Shown here in pieces: positions 24,463 through 32,847 of a stretch of 45,088 nt of DNA (position 1 is its first letter; each line of letters starts with the position of its first letter). The notes under the pieces were generated by a model. That model was not told the DNA's origin, made no database searches, and saw only the letters and a program-made list of their open reading frames with translations. This stretch comes from a virus, in IMG/VR virus record IMGVR_UViG_3300038701_001628, positions 1 to 45,088 of that record. The stretch is one strand, 5' to 3'. The translations under genes and the position numbers were made by a program.

Positions 24463-26781
24463 ATGACAGTTAATACAACAAACATCACTTCCGGGCCTTA
24501 TTCCGGTAATGGTATAACTACTGGGTTCTCTTACACTTTTCGTGCAGAGTTGAAGACTCAACTTCTTGTTTATGTCAAAGATGCTAGTAATGTAATAACC
24601 ACAAAAACAGTGGACACTGATTATACAGTTTCAGGTTTGGGGGATGACGATGGTGGTGTGGTTACATTCTTAACCGCACCCGTCACTGGAGAGACGGTTT
24701 ATATTCGTTCCAATTACCAGGCCACACAAGACACAGATTTTGATAGTCAAGGTGGTTTTTTTCCAGATGTACACGAAGCAGCAATTGATAAGTTAACATT
24801 TCAGATACAACAATTACAAGACCAAGTGAACAGATCGTTAAGAATAAATATCAACGATGACACAGGTAGTCTGGATCCATTAGCAGAGATAACTGCTAAT
24901 TCATTTTTAAGAGCCAATGCAACAGCAGATGGTTATGATCATTTCACATTACCCTCAGTCGGTGTTACTGCCGAAGTACCTCTCGCCTCATATGATGATT
25001 TTAGAAATGGTACTGCTAGTTTTGATATCGATGATTATTCTGATGGTCAGATAATTTGGTTTACAAATAATTTAATTTTCGGAGCCTTTGTTTTAAGAAC
25101 AGGGGCGTCTCCGGCTGACAATGGTGGAACAGTAATCCGATCTACAGTAGACACCAATAGATACGTGGAACGAGTATTTAGTGGTGCGGCATCGGTAAAA
25201 TGGTTTGGTGCTACAGGGGATGGTGTTACTGATGACAGTGCTGCTTGTCAGGCAGCTTTGGATAATCATCAAGCTGTGTTGTTTGATGAGCCAGATACTG
25301 CATACTTGATTGAGAATGAACTCATCCCCCCTACCAATCGATTGATCATTGGTCGTCGTGGGAAAATAGAAGCAGGCGCTGGGTTACAAATAGCTGCAGC
25401 TCAAGCTTTTGTGTTCAGACTTAATAATAACGGAATCACATTTAAAGACATGATCATTAATGTCGATTATTCTGTGTTTCCCAGAAACGCCAGTGACGAA
25501 GCAAAGGTTGGAGCCATATACGGCACAGGGCGAAATAATATAACATTGGAGAATTGTACAATCACCGGTGGTGCCAACTTCTTCCAAGCGTCCGGCTTCA
25601 TTGCTACTGGCTTAATTGAGATTAGAAACTCGGCGTTCATTAGACTTGAGAACTGTTTTGTCCGTGGAGATTATAGCGCAGCTTGGAGCGGATCAGCAGC
25701 AGGTTCAGAAATCTGCAAAATATTAACATGCACAGATGTTTCAATTATCGGTGGTGTTTATCGTCAGAGCTTTTATTCATGTATTGCAGTTGGTGTAGGG
25801 GGTGAGCGTGTAATTATTGATGGGGTTCAAGCTGATACATGTATTGGTTCTGTTATTAGTTTTAACGCTCAGGATGCTACGCTTGCGAACTCTGTTATAG
25901 GTGGGTCACGTGATGAAGGTGGTGTTGCGATGGGTCACCCATCTTCAGCAAGTGCGAGATGTAAGGTTCTTGGTAATACCATTTACGACTGCGGTCGAAG
26001 CGGTGTATCAGTAGCCTATCCTGACGCAATCATTGCTAACAATAACATAAGAGACTGTGAAACAGCTTCTCCTTCTGATACATTTGCTGCGGCCATCGCT
26101 ATCGGTGATTCCGCTAATCCTACCACATATAGAAATCGAGCAAGTGTCAGTGGTAATGTAATCCGTGGTTGTTATAACGGTATTGTAGTCAGTGATTCTT
26201 CTTTAGCTGGTGAAGATGGTTCTGATTATGCAATCAATGGTAATGTTGTAAGTAATTGTACGAATGCGGGTATTTATTCATCCGCGCCAAATGTTTCTAT
26301 AGTTGGTAATGTGACTCGATCGAATGATAGAAATATCCAAATTGAAACTACTAGATCAACTAACAACATAGTAACAGCGAACACTGTGGTTTCCGGTGTG
26401 ACTTATGGAATATTGGCTAGTTCACCAGGGTCTGGTACGAGAATATGGGGCAACACTGACGTTAATAATACGGCGAACAGTATTGCACATGAAGAATTAA
26501 CAATTGCCACAGGGGAGATTACAATAACTTCTGATCATCACTTCACTGTAGATACAGAGTCAGATGCTGCAACTGACGATCTGGTTACGATTAACGGCGG
26601 AATAGATGGGCAAGTTGTTACACTATCACCCGATAACGATACAAGAACAGTGGTTGTCAAAGATGGTTCTAACCTTCAACTGAACGGTGATTTTACAATG
26701 GATTCTAATGTGGACATGATTACTCTTAAGAAGATTGGCAGTAATTGGCGAGAAGTTTCCCGATCTGATGTATCTTCATAG
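24463..26781 (+). CDS. tailspike / tail fibre with pectate-lyase-type right-handed beta-helix (probable polysaccharide depolymerase)
   Basis: N-terminal fibre anchor YSGNGITTGFSYTF..DYTV. VKWFGATGDGVTDDSAACQAALD (Pectate_lyase_3 signature). Repeated NxxIxxC/G beta-helix rungs (NCTITGG, NNNIRDC, SGNVIRGC, NGNVVSNC). Confidence 0.8.
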   Translation: MTVNTTNITSGPYSGNGITTGFSYTFRAELKTQLLVYVKDASNVITTKTVDTDYTVSGLGDDDGGVVTFLTAPVTGETVYIRSNYQATQDTDFDSQGGFFPDVHEAAIDKLTFQIQQLQDQVNRSLRININDDTGSLDPLAEITANSFLRANATADGYDHFTLPSVGVTAEVPLASYDDFRNGTASFDIDDYSDGQIIWFTNNLIFGAFVLRTGASPADNGGTVIRSTVDTNRYVERVFSGAASVKWFGATGDGVTDDSAACQAALDNHQAVLFDEPDTAYLIENELIPPTNRLIIGRRGKIEAGAGLQIAAAQAFVFRLNNNGITFKDMIINVDYSVFPRNASDEAKVGAIYGTGRNNITLENCTITGGANFFQASGFIATGLIEIRNSAFIRLENCFVRGDYSAAWSGSAAGSEICKILTCTDVSIIGGVYRQSFYSCIAVGVGGERVIIDGVQADTCIGSVISFNAQDATLANSVIGGSRDEGGVAMGHPSSASARCKVLGNTIYDCGRSGVSVAYPDAIIANNNIRDCETASPSDTFAAAIAIGDSANPTTYRNRASVSGNVIRGCYNGIVVSDSSLAGEDGSDYAINGNVVSNCTNAGIYSSAPNVSIVGNVTRSNDRNIQIETTRSTNNIVTANTVVSGVTYGILASSPGSGTRIWGNTDVNNTANSIAHEELTIATGEITITSDHHFTVDTESDAATDDLVTINGGIDGQVVTLSPDNDTRTVVVKDGSNLQLNGDFTMDSNVDMITLKKIGSNWREVSRSDVSS

Positions 26782-26791
26782 AGTGAAAACC

Positions 26792-27013
26792 ATGAATATA
26801 ATTAAGCTGTTTTTTGAAGAATACAAGGGTGCGCGAAGATTTTCACTTTTTTGGGCGATAACCCTGATTACTTATGTTGTAGTTAACGTCATTCAACCTG
26901 AAAACTTAAGTAACATCAATGCGGCAAGTGCCACAGTTGTTACTTCTATACTTGGAATACTTGCCACAGTTATAGGTTTTTACCAATGGCACAGGTCACA
27001 AGATGATTCGTAA
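26792..27013 (+). CDS. holin (two TM segments)
   Basis: The internal ATG at 26792 follows the tailspike stop. MNIIKLFF... has hydrophobic FSLFWAITLITYVVVNVI and ATVVTSILGILATVIGFY and a charged C-terminus. Immediately upstream of the spanins. Confidence 0.6.
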   Translation: MNIIKLFFEEYKGARRFSLFWAITLITYVVVNVIQPENLSNINAASATVVTSILGILATVIGFYQWHRSQDDS

Positions 27014-27500
27014 ATATTTAATTATAAGTGTGGCAGTCATCTCTGCTATTTCTGGGGCTTATTTTACCAAATTATATTGGTCTAATAAGTATAATTCTCT
27101 AATTGTGAAATTAGAGAAAGCAGAAAAAGAAAACATGCAACACATTCTAAGTGTTGAAAGATTACAACGTGATAAAGCAGACGCAATTGCTTCTAAATTG
27201 GCAGCGGAAGAGTCAGCTCGCCAAGCTAAATCAAAAGTAATTACAAAAGAAGTGGTGAAATATGTTGAAAGTAATTCTAATTCTAAGTGTGAACTTGATG
27301 ATGATTGGGTGCACATCAGTGACTCCGCAACTCCAGTGCCCCGAGTTACCGAAACCTCCAGCGAAACTGATGGAACCTCCAATAAAATTCGAGACCTTGG
27401 GGACGCACTCGAAGTAGTGACTAACAATTATTCTGCATGCCAGGACGCGGTGGATCGTTTACAAGCATGGCAGCAATGGTATAAATCTATATCGGAGTAG
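27003..27500 (+). CDS. Rz: i-spanin (Rz-like)
   Basis: N-terminal TM KYLIISVAVISAISGAYF, then a coiled-coil periplasmic domain. Contains an embedded lipoprotein ORF in another frame. Confidence 0.75.
   Translation: MIRKYLIISVAVISAISGAYFTKLYWSNKYNSLIVKLEKAEKENMQHILSVERLQRDKADAIASKLAAEESARQAKSKVITKEVVKYVESNSNSKCELDDDWVHISDSATPVPRVTETSSETDGTSNKIRDLGDALEVVTNNYSACQDAVDRLQAWQQWYKSISE
27262..27417 (+). CDS. Rz1: o-spanin (Rz1-like), embedded out of frame within Rz
   Basis: My translation is MLKVILILSVNLMMIGCTSVTPQLQCPELPKPPAKLMEPPIKFETLGTHSK, with lipobox MIGC and a proline-rich 51 aa. Below the ORF-track size cut-off. Confidence 0.75.
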   Translation: MLKVILILSVNLMMIGCTSVTPQLQCPELPKPPAKLMEPPIKFETLGTHSK

Positions 27501-27505
27501 AAGTG

Positions 27506-27814
27506 ATGTCCGAGGATCGACTTAATCAACTAGAAGTCAAGCTGGATACCCACATGAGAGACTGTGATAAACGTCTCAACAGGATAGATGATAGGGCTGA
27601 AAAACTCATCCAATCCCAAGAGAGATGTACAGAAGCTTTGGAAAAATTAACAAATGACACCAGTGGTGTTGTTGAATTATACAATAATGCACAAGGTGCT
27701 GTTACAATCGGCATCGGTGTGCAAAAGTTTGGATTGTGGGTTCTCAAATGGCCACTGATTGGTGCCGGGTTATATGCGGCATTTGACTGGATTATTAAAC
27801 ATTTACCTAACTAA
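27506..27814 (+). CDS. coiled-coil protein with C-terminal membrane segments (possible second holin/lysis regulator)
   Basis: MSEDRLNQLEVKLD... then GAVTIGIGVQKFGLWVLKWPLIGAGLYAAFDWII. Confidence 0.5.
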   Translation: MSEDRLNQLEVKLDTHMRDCDKRLNRIDDRAEKLIQSQERCTEALEKLTNDTSGVVELYNNAQGAVTIGIGVQKFGLWVLKWPLIGAGLYAAFDWIIKHLPN

Positions 27815-27826
27815 GAGGATACGAAA

Positions 27827-28141
27827 ATGGGCACAAGATCTGCATTAGCCCCAATTAAAGATGGGAATATTCATACACTTGTGGACCTGGCTAACCACCC
27901 CACGACGGTTTACACGGGTCAGGGTGTGCTTATTGGTGTTATATGTCACACAACCACCAGTGCTCATCTCATTGAAGTTAAGGATGGGAGTGACGTTATA
28001 GCGAGATTGGCTGTGTCACTGAACATTGGCGACACTATTGACCTGTTTGAAATGGAATTCACTGAGAGCATTGTAATTGACGGGAACGCCGCAGCCACAG
28101 GAACCATTACTTTAATATATCAACCCTATCCTAATTCTTAA
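27827..28141 (+). CDS. hypothetical protein
   Basis: 104-aa ORF with GAGGA upstream. Last gene of the rightward operon. Confidence 0.55.
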   Translation: MGTRSALAPIKDGNIHTLVDLANHPTTVYTGQGVLIGVICHTTTSAHLIEVKDGSDVIARLAVSLNIGDTIDLFEMEFTESIVIDGNAAATGTITLIYQPYPNS

Positions 28142-29637
28142 AAGAAATTGACTTCAAGTTCATTTGTCGTAATTCCGTCCCTGTATCTTTGCAGGGCGGA
28201 TTTCAAACCGTCCTGATCATCTGTCTTGCGTTCAATTGCATCAGCAACAGCAAGGTCCACAGTGTCTCGGCACAGAATCCTAATGATTGAAACGGGGTTC
28301 TTTTGACCTTGTCGATTCAATCTGCCATTCATTTGTTCGTAAAGTTCAAGGCTCCAATTCATACCGAACCAAACCAATATGCTACCATTATCTTGGAGAC
28401 CATCGATACCGTGACCCATACTGGCAGGGTGACCAATGAGTAATTTAATTCTTCCAGCATTCCAGTCATCAATCACCTTCCCGGTTTGACTCGATGGGGT
28501 CTTGGTGAGATTGACTGGTTTAAGTGATTTAAACTTTTTCATTATTCGTTCAGCATCACTTTTGAAAGTGTAGCTACACAGCACAGGTTGACCACCAGCC
28601 TCTTCGAGTACATCATCAAGCGCTTCCAGTTTAGCATCGTGTAGTGACTCCCAGTCACTTGTGTCACCGACGTAAGGGGTACCATTACAGAACTGTAGAC
28701 ATTTATTAGAGACACTTGAGCGACTGAATAGCTCGATCTCACGACCATTCTCTAACATGGTGAACATGTTCTTCTCGACTTCCTGATATGCTTTACGAGC
28801 CTTCTCAGGAAGATCCACCATTACATTCGTAACTTTGCACTCAGGCATATCAAGATAATCTTTGGCATCCATCTTTTTAGTGATATCACTTATGTGATGT
28901 TCGATCCATTGCTTACCTTCTTCAGTGGGAGTGAAATTCCATCCGTTATAATCACTCGCAAAGTAGCTGTCTTTGTAATGGGTGATGTATTCACCGAGGC
29001 GTTTACCACCATCGACTGCGAGGTACTGACCGTGTAGGTCGAGATAACCGTTAGACGCAGGTGTGCCAGTCAGACCCACTCGATACTTGAACTCTTTAAT
29101 TAACTTGCGCCAACCGGTTATTTTAATTTTGTGAGTGGTGCCCCACTTATCTTGCCGGTCCCTGGTGCCGCCAGCCATGCGTCGAGTTGTGCTGTTTTTT
29201 AATTTTGAAACTTCATCATACACCACCATTTCAAATGGTAACTTCTTACCTTGACTCAAGTAATAATGATCCAGGGTCTCAGCTAACCAGTTCATATTTT
29301 CATAATTGCAGAGAAATAAATCAGCATCGGCAAACAGTGCGCGGGTTCGTTTCTCTTTGGTGCCGTGCATCACACTACATCGTAGGTGTTTGGTGTGTGT
29401 CCAGTTAGCACATTCCCTATCCCATACGGACTGGATTACTCTAAGCGGTCCAAAGATTAATACTTTGTTAACTTGACCTGCTCGCATTCTGTCGATGATT
29501 ACAGTCAATGTCGTTATGGTTTTGCCAAGGCCCATACCCAACCACAGCATTGCATCATCGTTATAGAGCATATGAAGACAGCACTCTTTCTGGTATTCGT
29601 GGAGATCTTCAGGGGTTAATAGTTGCGAAGGCACCAA
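28138..29637 (-). CDS. SNF2-family helicase
   Basis: Motif I LGMGLGKT, motif II VVYDEVSKL, GHPASMGHGIDGLQ, motif VI QMNGRLNRQGQ. Confidence 0.85.
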   Translation of the reverse strand: MVPSQLLTPEDLHEYQKECCLHMLYNDDAMLWLGMGLGKTITTLTVIIDRMRAGQVNKVLIFGPLRVIQSVWDRECANWTHTKHLRCSVMHGTKEKRTRALFADADLFLCNYENMNWLAETLDHYYLSQGKKLPFEMVVYDEVSKLKNSTTRRMAGGTRDRQDKWGTTHKIKITGWRKLIKEFKYRVGLTGTPASNGYLDLHGQYLAVDGGKRLGEYITHYKDSYFASDYNGWNFTPTEEGKQWIEHHISDITKKMDAKDYLDMPECKVTNVMVDLPEKARKAYQEVEKNMFTMLENGREIELFSRSSVSNKCLQFCNGTPYVGDTSDWESLHDAKLEALDDVLEEAGGQPVLCSYTFKSDAERIMKKFKSLKPVNLTKTPSSQTGKVIDDWNAGRIKLLIGHPASMGHGIDGLQDNGSILVWFGMNWSLELYEQMNGRLNRQGQKNPVSIIRILCRDTVDLAVADAIERKTDDQDGLKSALQRYRDGITTNELEVNFF

Positions 29638-30100
29638 AATGCTCCTTTGCTGCTTTATTATAAGTTAAAGAAGCTTCTTCAGGTGTGTCAAAGCGACCGA
29701 GATATGTTTGCTTTCCGTTTATCTTTATTTGAGCGTGCCATTTTCCTGATTTTTTATTTAAAGAAACGCCACGATAACCTGACGTGTTGTGTTTATGGAT
29801 GCCCGAGTTACCCGCATTCTGGGTACAGTTAGCGCCTCTTAAATTCAACCACCGGTTGTCTGTTCTATCCCTGTTTATATGATCCACATATTTAGGAATG
29901 TAACCTTCGACATATAACCAAGCAAGCCGATGTAGTCTGTAAATTTTCTGATTTATGATTGTATGCAAATAACCTTTACCGTCAACAGTACCGATAATTT
30001 GCCCCGGTAAAGACCGTGAACTTCTCCAAACTTTATTTTTAAAAAGCCCAGAATCAGGGTCATAATGTAGAATAGATTTTAAGTATATCTGAGTAATCAT
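29609..30100 (-). CDS. HNH-AP2 homing endonuclease
   Basis: HRLAWLYVEGYIPKYVDHINRDRTDNRWLNLR (HNH_3) plus GYRGVSLNKKSGKWHAQIKINGKQTYLGRFDTPEEA (AP2 DNA-binding domain). Confidence 0.85.
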   Translation of the reverse strand: MITQIYLKSILHYDPDSGLFKNKVWRSSRSLPGQIIGTVDGKGYLHTIINQKIYRLHRLAWLYVEGYIPKYVDHINRDRTDNRWLNLRGANCTQNAGNSGIHKHNTSGYRGVSLNKKSGKWHAQIKINGKQTYLGRFDTPEEASLTYNKAAKEHFGAFATINP

Positions 30101-30136
30101 TTGATTATTCTACATGTACTGAAGGAAATACACAAT

Positions 30137-30409
30137 CTATTTATGCACCTTCTTATGCAACCAAATCGCAAACCAGCAACCAATCCAACCACCTGTACTA
30201 TATGACAATGCGATCCATAATGCTTGACTCCAACCTTCTTCAATAATCTCAATGGCACTGACACCAACCATTGCGACTTCTAAAGCACCCATCACATAAC
30301 TGGTGGGAATGATTGAAAACCAGCGATCAAGCATTACGTTTTTTTGTTGAAATGCTCTCGCTGCTACTTTGAAAAAACCTATAAGGAATATGACTGCGAT
30401 GGGTTCCAT
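30137..30409 (-). CDS. small integral membrane protein
   Basis: 90 aa with three hydrophobic segments (IAVIFLIGFF, VMGALEVAMVGV, WIALSYSTGGWIGCWFAIW). Confidence 0.55.
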   Translation of the reverse strand: MEPIAVIFLIGFFKVAARAFQQKNVMLDRWFSIIPTSYVMGALEVAMVGVSAIEIIEEGWSQALWIALSYSTGGWIGCWFAIWLHKKVHK

Positions 30410-30954
30410 ACTTTAAATAAACCTTTGAGTTGTTCTACTTCGAGTTTCAGATCATCAAGTGATCCATTGTTGTCAACCCATACCATACTCTGTGGGTCGC
30501 ACTTTATTTTCATCGACGGTTCTTCAGGGTGACGCTGACTAGCATCGACCCATAACACGTAGTCAAAGAGTTCTTGTGAAGCTTCGAACTCTTTATCACA
30601 ACGCATCCCGACATACATGTCATTTTTACTGATAATTAATTTACACAATGCTGACTTGTCCGGGGTATTGTACAACGTTATGAGTTCTTTCCACAAGTCT
30701 CGACAAGAAGCACGATCATCAAAGGCAGCTTCTTTATCTTCATACGTGTACTCAGTAGCCACATCTAGTGCAGGCCAGATTGCATCAAGAGCTGCACGAC
30801 TTGAGCTGATGAAACTCAAACCATATTCTTCAGAGATCATTTCAGCAACGGTATCTTTACCGTGACGACCGTGGCCAATTATTAACAGTTTCTTTTGAGT
30901 GTCGAAAGTCTCGACTAAATGTGGATCTTCACATTGGGTTTGATTTTCTAACAT
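30379..30954 (-). CDS. P-loop dNMP-kinase-like protein
   Basis: LLIIGHGRHGKDTVAEMI P-loop, with DMYVGMRCDKEFEA resembling the DvRf.nE motif of phage deoxynucleotide monophosphate kinases. Confidence 0.5.
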   Translation of the reverse strand: MLENQTQCEDPHLVETFDTQKKLLIIGHGRHGKDTVAEMISEEYGLSFISSSRAALDAIWPALDVATEYTYEDKEAAFDDRASCRDLWKELITLYNTPDKSALCKLIISKNDMYVGMRCDKEFEASQELFDYVLWVDASQRHPEEPSMKIKCDPQSMVWVDNNGSLDDLKLEVEQLKGLFKVWNPSQSYSL

Positions 30955-30955
30955 G

Positions 30956-32494
30956 TTACAACTTCCTCATAAGTGGCGACAGTTTGTCTTTAACTAAACT
31001 AAACAATGCACGTTTTCCATTTGGGTATATTATGCAATGGGTGTTCATCCATGACGAGTAACCAACTGCGTAATCTAAATCAAGAGTAGATGTTCCAACT
31101 TGATAACAACCTTTCTCAATCGCAGGAGTGTGACTGTGACCAATGATTGTTTTGTTACCAGTTTTACTGAATGACTTCGCACTACCGCGAGAACCATTAG
31201 GACCAACGTCACCGTGCTGACTACAGTCAATTCCTTCAATTTCGAATGATTCATTCCCATCAACGAATCGGACATCAGTGCTGCAATACTTTTCAATAAA
31301 TAAACGATACAAGTTACCATCGCCACCCTTGTCCAAGTCATCCCTAGCAAGAGAAGCTAACTCGTAATAGAGTTCAAGATTAACAGGATCACTGTTTGGC
31401 TTGAACCTGTTGAACCACTGATCAAGATGACGGTGATGATTCGAATCAATGAGGACTGCTTTGTTGCGACCTTCAAGAAACTTGATTGACAACATTAATT
31501 CATCACGAACACTGAACTCTTTGGTCAAACTTTTCTTCAAGTGGAAAAGAGTGTTCTTGTCATTGTGGTGTGATCCAATATGGTGATCGTGTAGGTCGTG
31601 GTAAACTTCATGATCAGGTTTAAGAGCCGTGCATACTTGGTCTAATTGGTCAATTGTTTTTTTGCTCAACGATCGAACATGAGTGTCACCGAAAACTATA
31701 CCGGGTATTTTATTAACTTTGCGACTTGATCTTGGTGTGTAATAACGATCAAACAAATGAACACCGGTACCATCGAATCTCAATTGAGTGGGCCAGAATT
31801 TGTCGCCTTCAATTTCAACAAACAATGCACCAATGGAATGATGGAACTCTGCCTTCTTGCCCATCTTCGACGAGCTGTAATTCTTAACAGAGATGCTGCC
31901 TGTTGTGTGAAGCATCTTTGGTATTTGATCCTTCGCAGTTGCGACAAGCTGCATTGCTATTTGCGGATGACCAAATATTTCAGATCGTGCATCACCGGCG
32001 TGATTCATTCCACCAAGTGGATTAATGGCTGTATATTGAATAGGGAACAGCGATCGTATCACTAGATGATTATTCAATTCAATGTCGGCATTGCAAAGAT
32101 ATGGAAGAATTTCTTCAGGCCAAGTGTAGTTTTGCTGGATGCCTTGGTTCACCATGTTTGGGTTTTTATATCGACCGGGGATTATCAAGTAACAAGCATC
32201 AAGATCTCTTGCCATCTTCTCGAAAGTATTATGTGCTTCACTTACTAACCCGGTGTCATTGACTGCACTAGTAATTATGAAACGTCGGTGGCGTTTCACC
32301 TCAGTGACTTTTGTTTTAGGTAACAGTTGCGGCGCGGTGTAGATTGTATTGGTTGTTCTATGACCACAGCTAATACACTTATATCGAGTTCTGCCAGATT
32401 CGGCTTTGTAAGTTAATGGTCTCATCCCTGGTTGAGCACACTCGGGACAGTATAAATCATCTCTTGTTTCAAACTTAACCTTTGGACCTGGCAT
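30956..32494 (-). CDS. zinc-ribbon + unknown domain + calcineurin-like metallophosphoesterase
   Basis: CPEC...CISCGH at the N-terminus. The C-terminal half has the ordered motifs GDTHV, HDLHDHH, DSNHH, QHGD, GHSHTP. Confidence 0.65.
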   Translation of the reverse strand: MPGPKVKFETRDDLYCPECAQPGMRPLTYKAESGRTRYKCISCGHRTTNTIYTAPQLLPKTKVTEVKRHRRFIITSAVNDTGLVSEAHNTFEKMARDLDACYLIIPGRYKNPNMVNQGIQQNYTWPEEILPYLCNADIELNNHLVIRSLFPIQYTAINPLGGMNHAGDARSEIFGHPQIAMQLVATAKDQIPKMLHTTGSISVKNYSSSKMGKKAEFHHSIGALFVEIEGDKFWPTQLRFDGTGVHLFDRYYTPRSSRKVNKIPGIVFGDTHVRSLSKKTIDQLDQVCTALKPDHEVYHDLHDHHIGSHHNDKNTLFHLKKSLTKEFSVRDELMLSIKFLEGRNKAVLIDSNHHRHLDQWFNRFKPNSDPVNLELYYELASLARDDLDKGGDGNLYRLFIEKYCSTDVRFVDGNESFEIEGIDCSQHGDVGPNGSRGSAKSFSKTGNKTIIGHSHTPAIEKGCYQVGTSTLDLDYAVGYSSWMNTHCIIYPNGKRALFSLVKDKLSPLMRKL

Positions 32495-32499
32495 AATTT

Positions 32500-32847
32500 T
32501 TACCTCAATGTTTCTCGAACTTCTTTAATAAACTCATCGACACCTTCGACACCATAAACAACAAGCGCGCTGACACCATGATCTCTGAGTCTGTCGATCT
32601 CACGTTTTTGCCAAGGACTAAGTCGACCATCAATTGTTTTAACTTCAACAAACCATACAAGACCGTTGACAATTACAATCCTGTCAGGAACACCATTTAC
32701 CCCTGGTGAAACCCACTTGCGAGTAATGCCACCAAGCTTCATGATTTCTGAATCTAAGTATCGTTCAACTTTGTTTTCACGTGCTGCCATACTGTTCCCC
32801 GTGATTAAATAGATCAGACAATTATAAAAATAAATTAAATACTTCAT
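32500..32847 (-). CDS. VRR-NUC nuclease
   Basis: GVPDRIVI...VWFVEVKT...LSPWQKREIDRL (PD-(D/E)xK core). ATGA coupling to the polymerase stop. Alternative start ATG at 32790 (MAARENK). Confidence 0.75.
   Translation of the reverse strand: MKYLIYFYNCLIYLITGNSMAARENKVERYLDSEIMKLGGITRKWVSPGVNGVPDRIVIVNGLVWFVEVKTIDGRLSPWQKREIDRLRDHGVSALVVYGVEGVDEFIKEVRETLR

Noticed and set aside
16345-24488. Numerous 60-127-aa antisense and alternate-frame ORFs inside the giant gene (for example 23339..23722 on the minus strand)
   Set aside because: All lie within one uninterrupted 8.4-kb reading frame with coherent motifs. None has an RBS or a recognisable motif.
24463-26781. Diversity-generating retroelement, as in BPP-1 (the capsid and cement genes are BPP-1-like)
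   Set aside because: No reverse transcriptase motif (YxDD) in any ORF, and I saw no template/variable repeat pair near the tailspike 3' end.
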